NCBI GenBank assembly: GCA_965235115.1
Contig: OZ249436.1
Location: 48,920,001 to 48,984,000 of the forward strand
DNA: 64,000 bases
DNA from: Laetmonice hystrix
Lineage: Eukaryota
Direction: 5' to 3'
Part shown: positions 15,633 to 28,054 of the stretch, one piece after another
Layout of the letters: every line of letters starts with the position of its first letter
How positions within the stretch are numbered: the first letter of the stretch is position 1
Translations under genes and position numbers: made by a program
The notes under the pieces: model-generated
Told to the model about the DNA's origin: nothing
What the model saw: only the letters and a program-made list of their open reading frames with translations
Databases searched by the model: none

Positions 15633-16103
15633 ACAGGTTGGAACGGGGGAATTCCGGCCTGGAGGAGTCTAGAGGAGGCCGTTTGTGACTGGAGGAATGG
15701 GGATCAGATGTGGAGGGATGATACAGGTCGGAACGGATGAATTCCGACCTGGAGGAGTCTAGAGGAGGCCGGCTGTGTGTGACTGGAGGTATGGGGATCA
15801 GATGTAGAGGGATGATACAGGTCGGAACGGATGAATTCCGACCTGGAGGAGTCTAGAGGAGGCCGGCCGTGTGTGACTGGAGGAATGGGGATCAGATGTG
15901 GAGGGATGATACAGGTCGGAACGGATGAATTCCGACCTGGAGGAGTCTAGAGGAGGCCGTGTGTGACTGGAGGAATGGGGATCAGATGTGGAGGGATGAT
16001 ACAGGTCGGAACGGATGAATTCCGACCTGGAGGAGTCTAGAGGAGGCCGTGTGTGACTGGAGGAATGGGGATCAGATGTGGAGGGATGATATACAGGTCG
16101 GAA
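15633..16103. repeat. ~90-bp tandem repeat, ~5 copies, each with a 10-bp hairpin
   Basis: Period 90 (15905 vs 15995); CAGGTCGGAA-cggatgaa-TTCCGACCTG in each unit. Confidence 0.92.
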
Positions 16104-16958
16104 GTGGAGGGATGATCCTGGAGGGAGAGATAATCGTGTCATGAGGACCGTATTTTGACACATACAAAGACAAGAATATACGGTGATATTGTACGAACCA
16201 ACAAACAGAACATTCCCCCTGAAAACATCAAAATTTAGTTCGCAGATATAAGGGGAGATGTAAGTGGGGCCCCCAAAACCCTGAAGAAAGTATTTGGCAT
16301 ACGAGTTTACCGATTCACATAGACCAATACGTTGCCACATCGTTTTCTGTCATGTTGACTGCTGATGCAAAGTTCGGACCGACTCATACAGTCATATAAA
16401 AATAAAAGCCTTCTGTGATGCGTCATCTACCGGGGATTTCCCGGAGCATCTTCTCCTCGCCTTGTGCAATCACCTCTGTGTTTTTGTCATAATTAGTGCG
16501 CGCTTAATGTACGATTGCCCGAGCTTGACAACACCATTCTCTGTCGGACCCGGCCGCCCACAACACTGCAGGGAATACACCTACATCACCTTAACTTGTA
16601 TTCATTATTGATAGCTCCCATTCTCGATCCTGTCCCCAGCCCAGCCTTACTTAAAACATGAATGGAATGGTTGCCACATATGTGAATACACCCACCCGCA
16701 GCAGCATCCACCCCCGCGCGCGTTCACTGATAACGGGTAAATTGATCTCCCCTCCCCCACCCACACTTGTTGAACGCCGCCTCGAACGCTGATGTGACGC
16801 GAACCCATGAACTTACCGACGGACAACCATTCCACCCCCGCACCCTATGTAAGAGAACGCTGCAAGACGTGGGCGGGAACACAATTCTCGGGCGTCGATG
16901 GCACTTCATGACTGATGACGTCACAGTGTTTGTCCCGCATGCCTCTGCTGCTACTAGT

Positions 16959-18002
16959 CGCCTGGCATTATCTGTTATCTTCTACTGGCCTGGCATTATC
17001 TACACCAGGTTGTTATCTTCTACTGGCCTGGCATTATCTACACCAGGTTGTTATCTTCTACTCGCCTGGCATTATCTACACCAGGTTGTTATCTTCTACT
17101 CGCCTGGCATCATCTACACCAGGTTGTTATCTTCTACTCGCCTGGCATTATCTACACCAGGTTGTTATCTTCTACTCGCCTGGCATTATCTACACCAGGT
17201 TGTTATCTTCTACTCGCCTGGCATTATCTACACCAGGTTGTTATCTTCTACTCGCCTGGCATTATCTACACCAGGTTGTTATCTTCTACACGCCTGGCAT
17301 TATCTACACCAGGTTGTTATCTTCTACTGGCCTGGCATTATCTACACCAGGTTGTTATCTTCTACTGGCCTGGCATTATCTACACCAGGTTGTTATCTTC
17401 TACTCGCCTGGCATTATCTACACCAGGTTGTTATCTTCTACACGCCTGGCATTATCTACACCAGGTTGTTATCTTCTACACGCCTGGCATTATCTACACC
17501 AGGTTGTTATCTTCTACTCGCCTGGCATTATCTACACTAGGTTGTTATCTTCTACACGCCTGGCATTATCTACACCAGGTTGTTATCTTCTACTCGCCTG
17601 GCATTATCTACACCAGGTTGTTATCTTCTACTGGCCTGGCATTATCTACACCAGGTTGTTATCTTCTACTCGCCTGGCATTATCTACACCAGGTTGTTAT
17701 CTTCTACACGCCTGGCATTATCTACACCAGGTTGTTATCTTCTACTGGCCTGGCATTATCTACACCAGGTTGTTATCTTCTACTCGCCTGGCATTATCTA
17801 CACCAGGTTGTTATCTTCTACTGGCCTGGCATTATCTACACCAGGTTGTTATCTTCTACTCGCCTGGCATTATCTACACCATGTTGTTATCTTCTACTCG
17901 CCTGGCATTATCTACACCAGGTTGTTATCTTCTACTGGCCTGGCATTATCTACACCATGTTGTTATCCTCTACTCGCCTGACATTATCCAGACCAGGTTA
18001 TC
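16959..18002. repeat. 38-bp tandem repeat, ~27 copies
   Basis: Unit CCTGGCATTATCTACACCAGGTTGTTATCTTCTACTCG; explains the ORFs at 16767-18153. Confidence 0.95.
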
Positions 18003-18571
18003 ATCCATGCCGGCGTGCAGCACGTGTAAGCCAGTATCCGTGATAATAGGGATATTATTCACATACTCCACAAAGATTACAACAGAGATAATCTATGAGT
18101 ATAACATAAGACATAATGTATTTTTTTTGTCTGTTTTTTTTTTTTTTTTTTAGGATCACGTAACAACCCGGGGCATTCACTCCCAAACGCTTTAATTAAC
18201 AAAATACATGTACTTTCGATATACGTTGCTGCAATCCGACACCGGACCACTTCCAGACACCAGCCCTCGGCCCATTTGTCGCCTTTTACAAACAGCCAGA
18301 GGTAGAACTGAGGGTCACCCTTGATTCCAAAGGGGCAGGGGAGAGCAAGAAATATATGTAAATGGAAACACACTGATGTCTATGATGTAAGGAAACAGAT
18401 GGTGCTGGGAATGATAATTTATACATTGTGTCCCCCCCCCCCATCACTTTTAGGGTGCGGGGTAAAGGTGGCGACTTGGTTAGGTTATAATATATGCCAT
18501 ATATTGCCATATCTCAAATCGGAGAGTTATAAACAGTAGGCATCTCGATTATTCGGAGAGTTATAAACAGT

Positions 18572-18583
18572 AGAGAGAGAGAG

Positions 18584-18670
<87 letters not shown>

Positions 18671-18671
18671 G

Positions 18672-18742
<71 letters not shown>

Positions 18743-18757
18743 CAAAGAGAGAGAGAG
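18572..18757. repeat. (GA)n microsatellite
   Basis: Seen directly; similar (CT)n tracts at 20505-20590, 26393-26681 and 27790-28072. Confidence 0.95.
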
Positions 18758-20499
18758 GGAGGGGGGATCTCGATTATTGTTTGTCGGCCACCGTTTACGT
18801 GCCCGGCCAAGTCGGCAAAAAATACATCTATTTATAGACTAGGGGGAAATCTATTATGTTACTGGTGGGTGGATGATGAAGGTTATGCGCCTGCGCGTGA
18901 GGGGCGCGCTCTGCCGGACAACCTCCTGCTTGCTGACGTATCGGTTAACCGGAAACAAGAAGCAGAACATGACGTACTTCCGGCTGTTTTTTTTTATTTG
19001 TTTGTTCTTCACACAGGTCTAGGATGGACGGTTATGATTAGAGCAATCAGTCACGTGAGCAGGCCGTTGGGTGGACAGGCTTAGGTGAGAGTGCTTCCAC
19101 AAATACGATTTGGCAAAGCATTACTGCGTCCTTGTTAAATGTCTCAGACTGGTCTGAAAAACATTGCAGTTGAAACGATCTAAATAAGGGGAGTATACTT
19201 CTATAGAGAAATGAGTTCCACATGAAGTAAATCCTCATCACAAAAAGTTAATTCTTTGGGTATTCTTGGGCAATTTCGACGACTCTTGCCTGACGACTAT
19301 TATTCTGTACATAACAACAAAGATACCTAGCGTAGACCTTTGACCCCTTCGGCCAGCGCCCTCTTGCGTTGACGGTGAGAATGAGGTATGTGGGTAGAAC
19401 ACAACGGTCTTGTTACCATGTTATTGAGGGAGGCGGAGGCCACCGTTCGGTCACACCGCTCCAGTTTCGCCCGTAACCAATTCAATTAGCATCATTCAGC
19501 ACAAATATGTTGTTGCCGGCTAAAGGGCTTCCGTTAAGAGGTATGCTGGAGGGGTGTAGGCCGACATACGCCTTTCCCAATGATATGTAAGCCATAAATA
19601 TAAAATAAGACAAAAATATAGTCGCACAAAATTACTGGATAATAATTAAGCATAAATTTATTCATTTATTTATTTGTTTCTCATTCCTGTATTCCTGTGT
19701 TTGGTTATTTATTTAATTATTTATTTAACCATGGCTGTTTCTTAGACGACATTGTAATCACGGTTTCTACGGCGTTCATAAATACATGACGTATGTATTT
19801 AAACCTCAGTATAGGCCTACATCTCATAATTACCTCTACGTTATAAACAACCAGTGACCACCGACATTGGTCACCCCCCGTCAATGCCAGCACTCGCATG
19901 GACACGTCTGTCACACGCGAGTGGCTGCGACTGAATGCCGGACTCGCACTCTGTCGTCTGCTCTATTCCTTTGATGACGTCACCGTGATCTGATCAAATT
20001 ACCTCTACTCTGTAAACAAGCAATGACCACAGGCCCTGACCGAGTGTGAGAGTTGACCCAGTAACCGGTCAGTACTCATGTATACGTATACTGCTGTAGA
20101 TCGGTGTATTATCAGCTCAGGAATAATTTCTTTCCACAATGACGTATACCGGAAGGCATCCCCAGGCGGCGTGCTGCCGCTACCTGACGTACGTTGTTTA
20201 CCGAGCGTCGCACGTGTGTCAAAGGCATGTTGATGTTTATGACTCGGCTACTGGTGTCCTCACATGAACTGACCTTGACCCCATCACGCTGACCGCCGAG
20301 TTACCTCGACTGGAGTATTAAGTAGCCTCACTCTGATCAACACTGTTTACTTCCAGGGGCGGATCTAGGATTTTGGTAAAGGGGCGGGGTTAGGGGAAGA
20401 ATTTGCTGGGGGGGGGGGGGGGCAGCATGGTCAATTCAGGATGTTCTATGGGGAAAAAAGAAATATTGGTTGCCTGGGCTAGGATTGCCTCTCGAGGTG

Positions 20500-20587
<88 letters not shown>

Positions 20588-21013
20588 GCTCTTAATGTTC
20601 TTCTCAAATACCTTTATAGTTGGCGAAACAAGCAGAAACCCATATCGATCACACGGGTTTTCATGAGGAAAGGACGTCGAGAAACAGCTTCAATCTGACC
20701 ACCCTCTACATGTGTTGTTTACTCTGTCAAAACCTTTCAGGTTTAATGAGATAAAGAGTTCTGGTACATTCCGAAAGACCATCACATGTCTGTACACGTT
20801 AACGACAGCGACAATTTGGCTTTACGCAAACAGGCGTGGGAGTAAAATCAGCAGTCACCCTACCAAACAATAAACGAGTAAATACCGGGAACGTCACGGA
20901 ATCCCCAATCCATCCGTAAGTAGTATATCTGAAGTGGGCGTTAGGCACACGGCGGGTGACACGCGCGTAGCTGAGCAATGACATCAGGATGCCTACAAAC
21001 CAATATATCAGAC

Positions 21014-21168
21014 TAGTGGCGGATCTAGGGGGTTTAGGGGAGGGGGGGGGGGTTAACCCCCTTGGCCACCCAACTTTTCTTTTTCCCCCATAGTACTTTT
21101 TGAATTGACCCCCCCCCCCCGTTTATCCCCCTAACCCCCTCCCTTACCAAATCCTGGATCCGCCCCTG
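21014..21168. mobile_element. MITE of the same family
   Basis: TAGTGGCGGATCTAGG ... CCTGGATCCGCCCCTG; TSD CAGAC. Confidence 0.8.
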
Positions 21169-21247
21169 CAGACTAAAGTTTTTCTGGGAATTACAGTGGT
21201 ATCAACGGATTCTGCACGCAGTGGTCGATAGTGGTGTTGTTAACGTG

Positions 21248-21372
21248 GCCTTGTCCACTGAGCTTGCGGCCGTGCGATTTTCCTTGCGATGCGGCAGTCG
21301 CCCAGCCTAAAAGGCTCTGTGACTGCCGCATCGCAAGGAAAATCGCACGGCCGCAAGCTCAGTGGACAAGGC
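21248..21372. repeat. Perfect inverted repeat (52-bp arms), probable fold-back MITE
   Basis: 21248-21299 is the exact reverse complement of 21321-21372; the 21-nt spacer has its own AGCCT/AGGCT stem. Confidence 0.85.
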
Positions 21373-21648
21373 TGCCGTCGGCTACGAGTACATTTGGTTT
21401 CTCTGATTGCAAGCGATGAAGACTTGATCAAATTAGAATTTCATTCGTCCTTTGTATGCCCATAGTAGTTGGAATTAGTGAAGCCTGTGATTACAGTAGA
21501 AATCTACCTTAACAAACATGGCGTGTTTTTGAGTATCGTTGCGAATTAACATACTAATTGATTGCGACGTCAAGGAGAAGGAAAGGTTATCTTCTTTCAT
21601 TTTCTGTTATTGTCACTCATTCCGCCTCAGATATTCTTCTCCGCCCCC

Positions 21649-22431
21649 AACCTCTCCTTACTCCATCCCCAATCCGACCATCTAACTCCCCAGACACCCG
21701 GCTGAACCTCTCCTTACTCCACCCCCAATCCGACTATCTAACTCCCCAGACACCCGGCTGAACCTCTCCTTACTCCACCCCCAATCCGACCATCTAACTC
21801 CCCAGACACCCGGCCGAACCTCTCCTTACTCCATCCCCAATCCGACCATCTAACTCCCCAGACACCCGGCTGAACCTCTCCTTACTCCACCCCCAATCCG
21901 ACCATCTAACTCCCCAGACACCCGGATGAACCTCTCCTTACTCCACCCCAATCCGACCATCTAACTCCCCAGACACCCGGCTGAACCTCTCCTTACTCCA
22001 CCCCCAATCCGACCATCTAACTCCCCAGACACCCGGCTGAACCTCTCCTTACTCCACCCCCAATCCGACTATCTAACTCCCCAGACACCCGGCTGAACCT
22101 CTCCTTACTCCACCCCCAATCCGACCATCTAACTCCCCAGACACCCGGCTGAACCTCTCCTTACTCCACCCCCAATCCGACCATCTAACTCCCCAGACAC
22201 CCGGCTGAACCTCTCCTTACTCCACCCCCAATCCGACCATCTAACTCCCCAGACACCCGGCTGAACCTCTCCTTACTCCACCCCCAATCCGACCATCTAA
22301 CTCCCCAGACACCCGACTGAACCTCTCCTTACTCCATCCCCAATCCGACCATATAACTCCCCAGACACCCGGATGAACCTCTCCTTACTCCACCCCAATC
22401 CGACCATCTAACTCCCCAGACACCCGGCTGA
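21649..22431. repeat. 56-bp tandem repeat, ~14 copies
   Basis: Unit AACCTCTCCTTACTCCACCCCCAATCCGACCATCTAACTCCCCAGACACCCGGCTG. Confidence 0.95.
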
Positions 22432-22606
22432 CGTACGTCTACTCCTTACAGAAAAATATCAATGAATGTTTCCTTTCTCCAACTCCGCCTCCCCGAACTC
22501 GCTATATGATGGGGCGTGTTTTTGTTTTGCTCTCGATATCTCAGCTTCTCTCACACAACCACTTGTTTTAATCTATTTGTTTTAATTACTTCATCTCTCT
22601 GGGGTT

Positions 22607-23680
22607 CAGTGTAAACAGATATACGATGTGACTGTGATCAGATATAGAATACGATCCAGCTGTCTCTGTGGACTGTCGGGGCATGGCAGTGTAAACAGAT
22701 AAACGATGTGATCAGATATAGAATACGAACCAGCTGTCTGTATGGACTGCCGGGGCATGGCAGTGTAAACAGATATACGATGTGATCAGATATAGAATAC
22801 GAACCAGCTGTCTCTGTGGACTGTCGGGGCATGGCAGTGTAAACAGATATACGATGTGATCAGATATAGAATACGAACCAGCTGTCTGTATGGACTGTCA
22901 GGGCATGGCAGTGTAAACAGATATACGATGTGATCAGATATAGAATACGGACCAGCTGTTTGTATGGACTGTCGTGGCATGGCAGTGTAAACAGATATAG
23001 ATGTGATCAGATATAGAATACCAACCAGCTGTCTCTGTGGACTGTCGGGGCATGGCAGTGTAAACAGATATACGATGTGATCAGATATAGAATACGAACC
23101 AGCTGTCTCTGTGGACTGTCGGGGCATGGCAGTGTAAACAGATATACGATGTGATCAGATATAGAATACGAACCAGCTGTCTCTGTGGACTGTCGGGGCA
23201 TGGCAGTGTAAACAGATATACGATGTGATCAGATATAGAATACGAACCAGCTGTCTCTGTGGACTGTCGAGGCATGGCAGTGTAAACAGATATACGATGT
23301 GATCAGATATAGAATACGAACCAGCTGTCTGTATGGACTGTCGGGGCATGGCAGTGTAAACAGATATACGATGTGATCAGATATAGAATACGGACCACCT
23401 GTCTGTATGGACTGTCGGGGCATGGCAGTGTAAACAGATATACGATGTGATTAGATAGCCTATAGAATACGAACCAGCTGTTTGTATGGACTGTCGGGGC
23501 ATGGCAGTGTAAACAGATATACGAAGTGATCAGATATAGAATACGAACCACCTGTCTCTGTGGACTGTCGGGGCATGGCAGTGTAAACAGATATACGATG
23601 TGATCAGATATAGAATACGAACCACCTGTCTCTGTGGACTGTCGGGGCATGGCAGTGTAAATAGATATACGATGTGATCA
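22607..23680. repeat. 74-bp tandem repeat, ~14 copies
   Basis: Unit CAGTGTAAACAGATATACGATGTGATCAGATATAGAATACGAACCAGCTGTCTCTGTGGACTGTCGGGGCATGG. Confidence 0.95.
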
Positions 23681-23887
23681 GCAATATATTCGTAGGTTAC
23701 TTCAACCCAGTATATGACAGGGTGAGAACGAACTGACTGCTAGTATGTCAAATACTGGGCTCCTCACAGTCAAGGACACTTACGTTCTATCATCGAGTCT
23801 TAGTCTCGCTGGTCCTATTGAAGAAACCAGGGTACCAAGCCCTCCGGGATCGCCACCGGTTGTTTAAAGCCAGCATAGAATCCTACC

Positions 23888-24166
23888 CAGGGCCGGATCC
23901 AGGGGGGGGGGGGGCGTGGGGGGCGTACGCCCCCCTATTTTTGGCAGAGTAATGATTTTTTAGACTGGAATTTTACCAGTACTTTGCCCCCTGAAAAAAA
24001 GGAAGTTCTTTTCTCAGATGCCGGGAAAATGCATCTGACAAACATGAATTTTCAAATTTTTCGGGGGAGGTCCCCCAGACCCCCCCTGGGGCTTTGCGCC
24101 TTCGGCGCTCGCAATCTTCTCCAGGGGCTATGCCCCCCCTTTCTAAGAATCCTGGATCCGGCCCTG
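23888..24166. mobile_element. CAG...CTG MITE with 5-bp TSD
   Basis: TIRs CAGGGCCGGATCCAGG / CCTGGATCCGGCCCTG; TSD CTACC. Confidence 0.85.
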
Positions 24167-25024
24167 CTACCCCTACCCTAATGCTGATGTTGGTATACAC
24201 TGGCCTCAGCACCTGTTGCACCCCCCCACACCCCACACCCCCACACCGCCCCCACCACCCCCACCCATTCAGCCACGTCTCGATGTGTGGGCAGCAGTGT
24301 GCTTGATTTCCTTGATGACGACAGTTGTCACACAACCCACGCTCTCCTGTCTACAAACGATCAATACACTTATAATTGCCGTCAGAAACTCGCCCTGTTT
24401 TACAATAGGCCTTCATTCGGTGGTGTGAAATTATAATAAACCTACCTGCATAGATATTTCGTCCCTTTAGGTCTGATTATTCTAACAACATGCCAATGAC
24501 AATGACAATAACAATGATTTATTACTCTGAAGATCCCTCTCGGGATATGAGAGTACGTTTGCATACAAAAAATAACATTGTAGTATGGAATTCAGGATGG
24601 TTACTACATACAACATACGAACATAAATAAGAGGACAATAAATAAGCAGGCGCGTGTCGGGGGGGGGGGGGGTGTCCAAACTCCCCCCTGCTCAGAGCCC
24701 CCAATTTTTATAGGTTGATATTGACGGACGCTTTCGGCGCTGCTGATAAGGGGCTTTGACCGCCACATTGTCGCACCCCCCCCTCCCCTGTGAAAAATCC
24801 TTCACACGCGCCTGCATCAATCTGACAGGTGAGGCAGGTCAGGGCCGGATCCAGCATTTTTTTCAAGGAGGGGGGGGGGGGTTGTAGTCCGAAATTATTA
24901 TGATTTTATGAAATATCTTAATCCCCACTTACCTGCCTACCATCGATCTAGTCTTTCTGTGTCTGGATACACATACCGCGACGTTTTCCCCTCTTTATAT
25001 TCCGAATTTCTCTACCTCGCCACT

Positions 25025-25568
25025 CACTGCTCAGTTCTATGAAAATGAATATATCACTGCTCAGTTCTATGAAAATAACGGATGTCTATCACTGCTCAGT
25101 TCTATGAAAATGACGGATAGGTATATCTATCACTGCCCAGTTCTATGAAAATAACGGATAGACCTATCTATCACTGCTCAGTTCTATGAAAATAACGGAT
25201 ATCTATCACTGCTCAGTTCTATGAAAAAACGGATATCTATCTACTCACTGCTCAGTTCTATGAAAATGAATATATCACTGCTCAGTTCTATGAAAATAAC
25301 GGATATCTATCTATTCACTGCTCAGTTCTATGAAAATGAATATATCACTGCTCAGTTCTATGAAAATAACGGATATCTATCTATTCACTGCTCAGTTCTA
25401 TGAAAATGAATATATCACTGCTCAGTTCTAAAAAAATAACGGATATTTATCACTGCTCAGTTCTATAAAAATAACGGATATCTATCTACTCACTGCTCAG
25501 TTCTATGAAAATAACGGATATCTATCTATCACTGTTCAGTTCTATGAAAATAACGGATATATATCTAT
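25025..25568. repeat. Irregular 30-42-bp tandem repeat, ~15 copies
   Basis: Constant core TCACTGCTCAGTTCTATGAAAAT with variable-length (CTAT)n tails. Confidence 0.92.
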
Positions 25569-26398
25569 TACTTCTAATAATTTTACTATCGCTTGGAGAG
25601 TGTGATCATAGTAACCACTTTACACAGTAGAGGGCAGCACTTGTACTCTTCCTCGTCAGGGGGCGCTCACATCGACCGAAGCCGTTCCAGCAACACCTCT
25701 GATGTATTTCAATCATACAAACTGACAGGCTCTCAGCGGCAGCCGGCCGGTTGGTGGTCTGTCGAGTTGGGTGGGGTGTCCGAAGGGTAGAGTATCCCTC
25801 GCAACTCCTGGCCAGGTGGTATGAGTCAGTGGGTGGTGTGAACGTATCTAGGTCTATATACTCTCAGCCATGTCGATGCATAGATCTAGGCCTAGACTGT
25901 ATTGGTGTGCATGAGGCCAAAGATACAGTTGTGTTATTTTCCGTTCATTTTAATATTTCTTTTATGAATTTTCAACAAGACATTTAGCCCGGATGCAAGG
26001 ACGTAATTAGTCTCGAGATTAACCCAATCCGTGGATTTACGCCTATTCTCAGTTCCCAGAAGGTCGGAGTTTTCTAGCCGTTTCTCTTTTTTGGAGACTG
26101 GTCCTTATTTCGCTGGCCAAGCAAAATATAATTCAGTTAAACATGACTACCAAACGTCGCCAACCTTAAATCTTGGCTAGATATAGTAAGTTAAGCCATT
26201 GGGATTAACTTAACAAAATATTCTTGCATACGGCCATTAGTGAACGGGAGATCATGCCATATGTAATATGTCGAAACCTGTTGGGAACGTAGGTCTACCA
26301 TCACAAATCACGGGTTGGGTAAGTAAGGTGTATGGAAGCTAGAAGTTTCCAGACGCTCGCCTATTTTCTTGGTTAAGAATTAGCCGGGGAGCTCACTC

Positions 26399-26514
<116 letters not shown>

Positions 26515-26613
26515 GGTGAATGTTTTGCCACCAACAAGTGCCTACGGCAAAGAGGCAAGGTACGAAGGTTATGTTATCTGGAATCTGAGTTATGTAGAAA
26601 GGGAAACTAAAGT

Positions 26614-26649
<36 letters not shown>

Positions 26650-26779
26650 CTGTCTCTCTGTCTCTCTGTCTCTCTCTCTCTAAACAAATTCCAGCAAAGC
26701 CCGATGATCGTGAATAAAGAAGGTGCATAGAAATACTCCTGATGCATGTAAAAACTATAATTACTATATAACTTCCCGG

Positions 26780-26860
26780 ACGCTTCTTGTCGCCCGTGCG
26801 GATGGCGTTGGCCTTGCTAGCGGCCTTCTTAGCTCCCTTCGACGCTGGTTTTGGCGGCAT
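26780..26860 (-). pseudogene. H2B: Truncated histone H2B (N-terminal tail only; orphon)
   Basis: MPPKPASKGAKKAASKANAIRTGDKKR is a typical invertebrate H2B tail. The sequence then diverges, with no histone fold and no 3' stem-loop. Confidence 0.8.
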
Positions 26861-26900
26861 GATGTCAGTGTATCGACTAAGGTGCCAGTCGGAGCGTTTT

Positions 26901-27085
26901 CTTTATATGTGGCGTCGTATGCAAATTAGGAGCGCATTCAACCTGAAGGGGGCCTTGCATGGTTCATCCGCGTTCCGTTGGTGGCGCCACATATTATACC
27001 CCGACGCCGTGCCTGTTAGGGAGCAGCTTTGGCGCTGTAGTCACCGGGCAGGCTGCCGCCATCACGTGTGACGCCTAGGCCAATC
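26901..27085 (-). promoter_or_regulatory. H2B-type promoter (TATA + octamer + CCAAT)
   Basis: TATAAAG (minus) at 26901-26907, octamer ATGCAAAT at 26919-26926 and CCAAT at ~27079-27083, the classic H2B arrangement. Confidence 0.65.
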
Positions 27086-27414
27086 AGCAGCCATGTATGA
27101 ACTCGCCGTTTGAGAAATCTAAGCTACTTGCCACTTACCGGCCCATTTGACCAGCAAGATGGCGTCGGTCGTCATAACCCTAGATTTCATAATTTTCATT
27201 AATATCTTATAATAGAAATTATTTACAATAACAATTTATGGATAGTCGTTGCACTTTTAGTCCCGCAGACAACATATCCAAATCCAAGGTTTGGGTTGTG
27301 GCTACAAAATGCTGAAATCTTATCATAAATAAGACGGTTGGCGCGGGACACCACTCTGGAGGTCCAGCGCCACCTCGGTACTATATAAAGCCCGCTCTAC
27401 CACTGGTAATATGT

Positions 27415-27793
27415 AGTGAATGGTCACGTCTAAAAGTATCGCTTAGATAGAGTCGGGTCTGTCTCTCATGAACTGGCTGATGGGTCGGAAGGAGCTTGCA
27501 TAGGTCCACGTTCGGTCGTAGTCTGGAAACACGTGCTGATGGTCAAACACTGACAGTATGATGAGTCACTTAGTGTCCACTTGGAGCCGGGAGGGTGCAA
27601 GGCTGAGAAAAGTGCGACATGACTCTTCTAAAGGGATGTAGCAATACAGCCCGTTCCCCGCCAGTGGGTCGATCTGTGGCACAGTTCCGTATGGCGGCTA
27701 TCATTGGGTTATCACGTGTTGTCTCAGACGTCAGATCTTCGAACGGTAGGATGAACGTATACCTAGTCGACTAAGACCAAGTTCACTTTTTTT
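27415..27793 (+). ncRNA. Unassigned structured ncRNA candidate (possible type-3 Pol III transcript, ~370 nt)
   Basis: TATATAA at 27382-27388; 5' AGTGAATGGTC pairs with 3' GACCAAGTTCACT, directly followed by T7; several nested long-range helices and a GNRA-capped hairpin; no ORF. Confidence 0.5.
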
Positions 27794-27866
27794 CTTTTCT
27801 TTCTCTCTCTTTCTCTGTGTGTCTCTCTCTCTGTCTCTCTCCCCCTCTCGCTCTCCCTCGCACGTG

Positions 27867-27897
<31 letters not shown>

Positions 27898-28009
27898 CCT
27901 CTCTCTGTCTCTTTCTCTCTCCCCCCTTTTCTCTCCCTCCCTCCCTCTCTGTCTCTCTCTCTCTCGCGCACGCGCGCTCCCTCCCTCTCTCTCTCTCTCC
28001 CCTCTCTCT

Positions 28010-28054
<45 letters not shown>

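Noticed and set aside
16767..18153. Overlapping 257-412-aa ORFs
   Set aside because: A stop-free 38-bp repeat cycling through all three frames.
25025..25568. CRISPR-like array (constant core plus variable linker)
   Set aside because: Linkers are short slippage variants of one sequence, not unique spacers; eukaryotic context and no cas genes.
27518..27730. RNase P RNA on the minus strand (GTCTGAGAC ... CAGACTAC)
   Set aside because: The flanking conserved GGAAR and ACNNAAUU residues are missing, and the promoter and terminator signals point to the plus strand.
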